From contig NC_068984.1 of assembly GCF_001194135.2 (NCBI RefSeq), positions 29,530,621 through 29,594,620 of the forward strand: a stretch of DNA of 64,000 nucleotides. Direction: 5' to 3'. Within the stretch, counting starts at the first letter, position 1. Each line of letters opens with the position of its first letter. The notes below the pieces were generated by a model that worked only from the letters and a program-made list of their open reading frames with translations, did not search any database and was not told the DNA's origin. A program made the translations under genes and the position numbers. The stretch is from Octopus bimaculoides (taxonomy: Eukaryota). Positions 61,464-64,000 of this stretch are shown here, in pieces.

Positions 61464-62865
61464 NNNNNNNNNNNNNNNNNNNNNNNNNNNNNNNNNNNNN
61501 NNNNNNNNNNNNNNNNNNNNNNNNNNNNNNNNNNNNNNNNNNNNNNNNNNNNNNNNNNNNNNNNNNNNNNNNNNNNNNNNNNNNNNNNNNNNNNNNNNNN
61601 NNNNNNNNNNNNNNNNNNNNNNNNNNNNNNNNNNNNNNNNNNNNNNNNNNNNNNNNNNNNNNNNNNNNNNNNNNNNNNNNNNNNNNNNNNNNNNNNNNNN
61701 NNNNNNNNNNNNNNNNNNNNNNNNNNNNNNNNNNNNNNNNNNNNNNNNNNNNNNNNNNNNNNNNNNNNNNNNNNNNNNNNNNNNNNNNNNNNNNNNNNNN
61801 NNNNNNNNNNNNNNNNNNNNNNNNNNNNNNNNNNNNNNNNNNNNNNNNNNNNNNNNNNNNNNNNNNNNNNNNNNNNNNNNNNNNNNNNNNNNNNNNNNNN
61901 NNNNNNNNNNNNNNNNNNNNNNNNNNNNNNNNNNNNNNNNNNNNNNNNNNNNNNNNNNNNNNNNNNNNNNNNNNNNNNNNNNNNNNNNNNNNNNNNNNNN
62001 NNNNNNNNNNNNNNNNNNNNNNNNNNNNNNNNNNNNNNNNNNNNNNNNNNNNNNNNNNNNNNNNNNNNNNNNNNNNNNNNNNNNNNNNNNNNNNNNNNNN
62101 NNNNNATATTATAAACTATAAAGATTAATAATTAATCAAATAATATTAATCAAAAATAATCGAAAATATATCAACACTATTCCAATCGAAGTTCTAATAT
62201 TATGTTGAAATGAAACTATAACTCCTAAATAATATAGTGTTAAATAAGTTATCTATTAAAATAATCTATAAAGAACCAAATGAATAGTATAAAAACAAGA
62301 ATACATATTATTTTCAAATAGTAGAAAATCTTTAGCAAAGTGAAAACAGTACTTATCCAAATTTTTCCGTAATTCATATATATATATATATATAATGATA
62401 TAAATTTACCTTATGTTATATAGGCTGATTTATCACTATATCGAAACCTTTGGTATCTTACTGCACCACATATGACGGAAATTAGACAAGTAAAAACGGA
62501 AATAAATTTTGACTTGTAGAGGATTGCCCGTAGTCACTCTTTGTTCTTAAACATTGCTCTTGCAGTATTTTGTGAAGAGCCAAGCAACATTTTCGAAGAT
62601 ATTGTAATTATTTTAATCGTGAAAAGACCATTGACATTTTCCACAGTGGTACAGATAATATCCTGAAATTACTTTCATGTTGCGATAAAGATCAAAGTAT
62701 TCTTAAAGATAACTAGGAATATCCTTCCTAGTTACTTGCACGTATAAACGAGTAAATAATACTATATGTATATATACATTACATATGTAAACGTATATAC
62801 ATACATACATACATACATACATACATAATGCATATATATCTGTAGATAGATTCATAGATAGATTA

Positions 62866-62866
62866 C

Positions 62867-62934
<68 letters not shown>

Positions 62935-62970
62935 TTATCTATCCATCTATCTATCTATCTATCTATATAT
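62866..62970. repeat. (CTAT)n microsatellite
   Basis: Read directly. Confidence 0.95.
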
Positions 62971-63711
62971 CCATCTGTCTGTCTGTCTATCGAGTTATTT
63001 GTCTATGTATCTGTCTGTTTAGCTGTCTGTGTGTGTGTATCTGTCTAATTGTGTATTTATATTATTGTATGTGTGTATGCATGTGTACCGATATCTCTGC
63101 GCCTGAATATAGTCAATGCGTGTGTTTGTGTGTGCGGGTGTGTGTGTTCGTGAGTGTGCGTGTGTGTATTTCTATGTATGTGGTTGTGTGTGTGTGTGTG
63201 TGTGTATAAATTTGGACATCGCTTTCCTTTTTATGAAGTGTGACAAGGCTAAGTTAGAGTGTCAAATCCAATCAATATTGACGCAGTGGCTATTATCACA
63301 AGACATACATTTACGTTGTTCAACCATAAATAATTGAGCGACTGAGTGAAAAAGACATTTAAATAAACATTTTCAAAGAATATCAAAAGCTGATATATCA
63401 GGTTATGTTAGTTTATTTTCCACTAATTCATATTTGCTCCAATCAATTTTATTTAATTTTTTGTTACTTAGCAACTTGTAGTTCATTTGCATTTTATACT
63501 TCATTCCGAGCGTTTCTGCCTTCAACTACGTTGTTATTTTAGTTCGGAACTTACTTGTAAATCAAGATTTAAAATAAAACTATATGATATATAACCTATA
63601 ATTATTCTTGTTGTGGTAATCAGCGTGAAAGTTACAAGAATTTTTGATTGAGTAGCAACTACTTATCTCGTTTATCGCTATATTAATAAAGAATATACAG
63701 AAACATACGAG

Positions 63712-63792
63712 CATTCATTCGACTAAAGATTATTCAAGGCGGTGCCCAAGCGTGACCGCAGCCTAATGACTAAAACAAGTAAATGATAAGAG
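63712..63792 (+). mobile_element. SINE family A tail fragment
   Basis: CGACTAAAG..TCAAGGCGGTGCCCAAGCGTGACCGCAGCCTAATGACTAAAACAAGTAAA. Confidence 0.75.
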
Positions 63793-64000
63793 ATAATATA
63801 TATATATATATAATATGTAATATCCAATATAGATGTGTGTTGGTTTGCTGATTTCTCCAGTCACGTATTTTGTCTAGGCTTAGTGGCAAGTAACAACTAA
63901 AGGAACGCTTTCAAATTTCTCTTCACAATTTGCGAAAAATATTTTTGCTGATATTTTGAAGTGATTTGTCAATTTGCACCTTAATTTTATACACGCATGC

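Noticed and set aside
3504-62128. Long ORFs in the track (e.g. 3504-4619, 39249-40122, 61457-62128) and YIYI/CVCV/YLSI/poly-N/poly-T peptides
   Set aside because: They are produced by N-runs or di/tri/tetranucleotide microsatellites, not by coding sequence.

Overview
AT-rich, microsatellite-saturated eukaryotic DNA from a gappy draft assembly. The tRNA-derived SINE families and repeat landscape point to an octopus (coleoid cephalopod) genome; this is an inference from recognised repeats, not a database match. Most ORFs in the track are artefacts of N-gaps and simple repeats. What can be supported is almost all decayed mobile DNA: two Tx1/L1-clade LINE pieces (ORF1 with CCHC knuckle at 1-936; ORF2 3' end at 58798-60128 with a 10-bp TSD), three Penelope-like (PLE) remnants with hammerhead-ribozyme (HHR)-like motifs, R4/Dong-like REL-endonuclease LINEs nested in a TAA/GAT microsatellite tract (28.3-34.9 kb), a second REL family, an RTE endonuclease fragment, a Ty3/gypsy LTR element with PR followed directly by INT (Gmr1-like order, tRNA-Pro PBS, PPT, both LTRs), a DD41D Tc1/mariner remnant with an internal inversion, a hAT-Charlie-like MITE with an 8-bp TSD, and many SINEs. 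No host gene is identified with confidence; two minus-strand exon candidates (58019-58139 and 27083-27270) are phase-compatible. I cannot demonstrate a new biological system. The best leads are the recurring hammerhead-like motifs with palindromic stem III and long stem II inserts, a 315-nt-period retrozyme-like tandem repeat (53.6-54.1 kb), a structured 538-bp TAA-flanked non-autonomous retroelement, and the Gmr1-like gypsy element in a probable mollusc.
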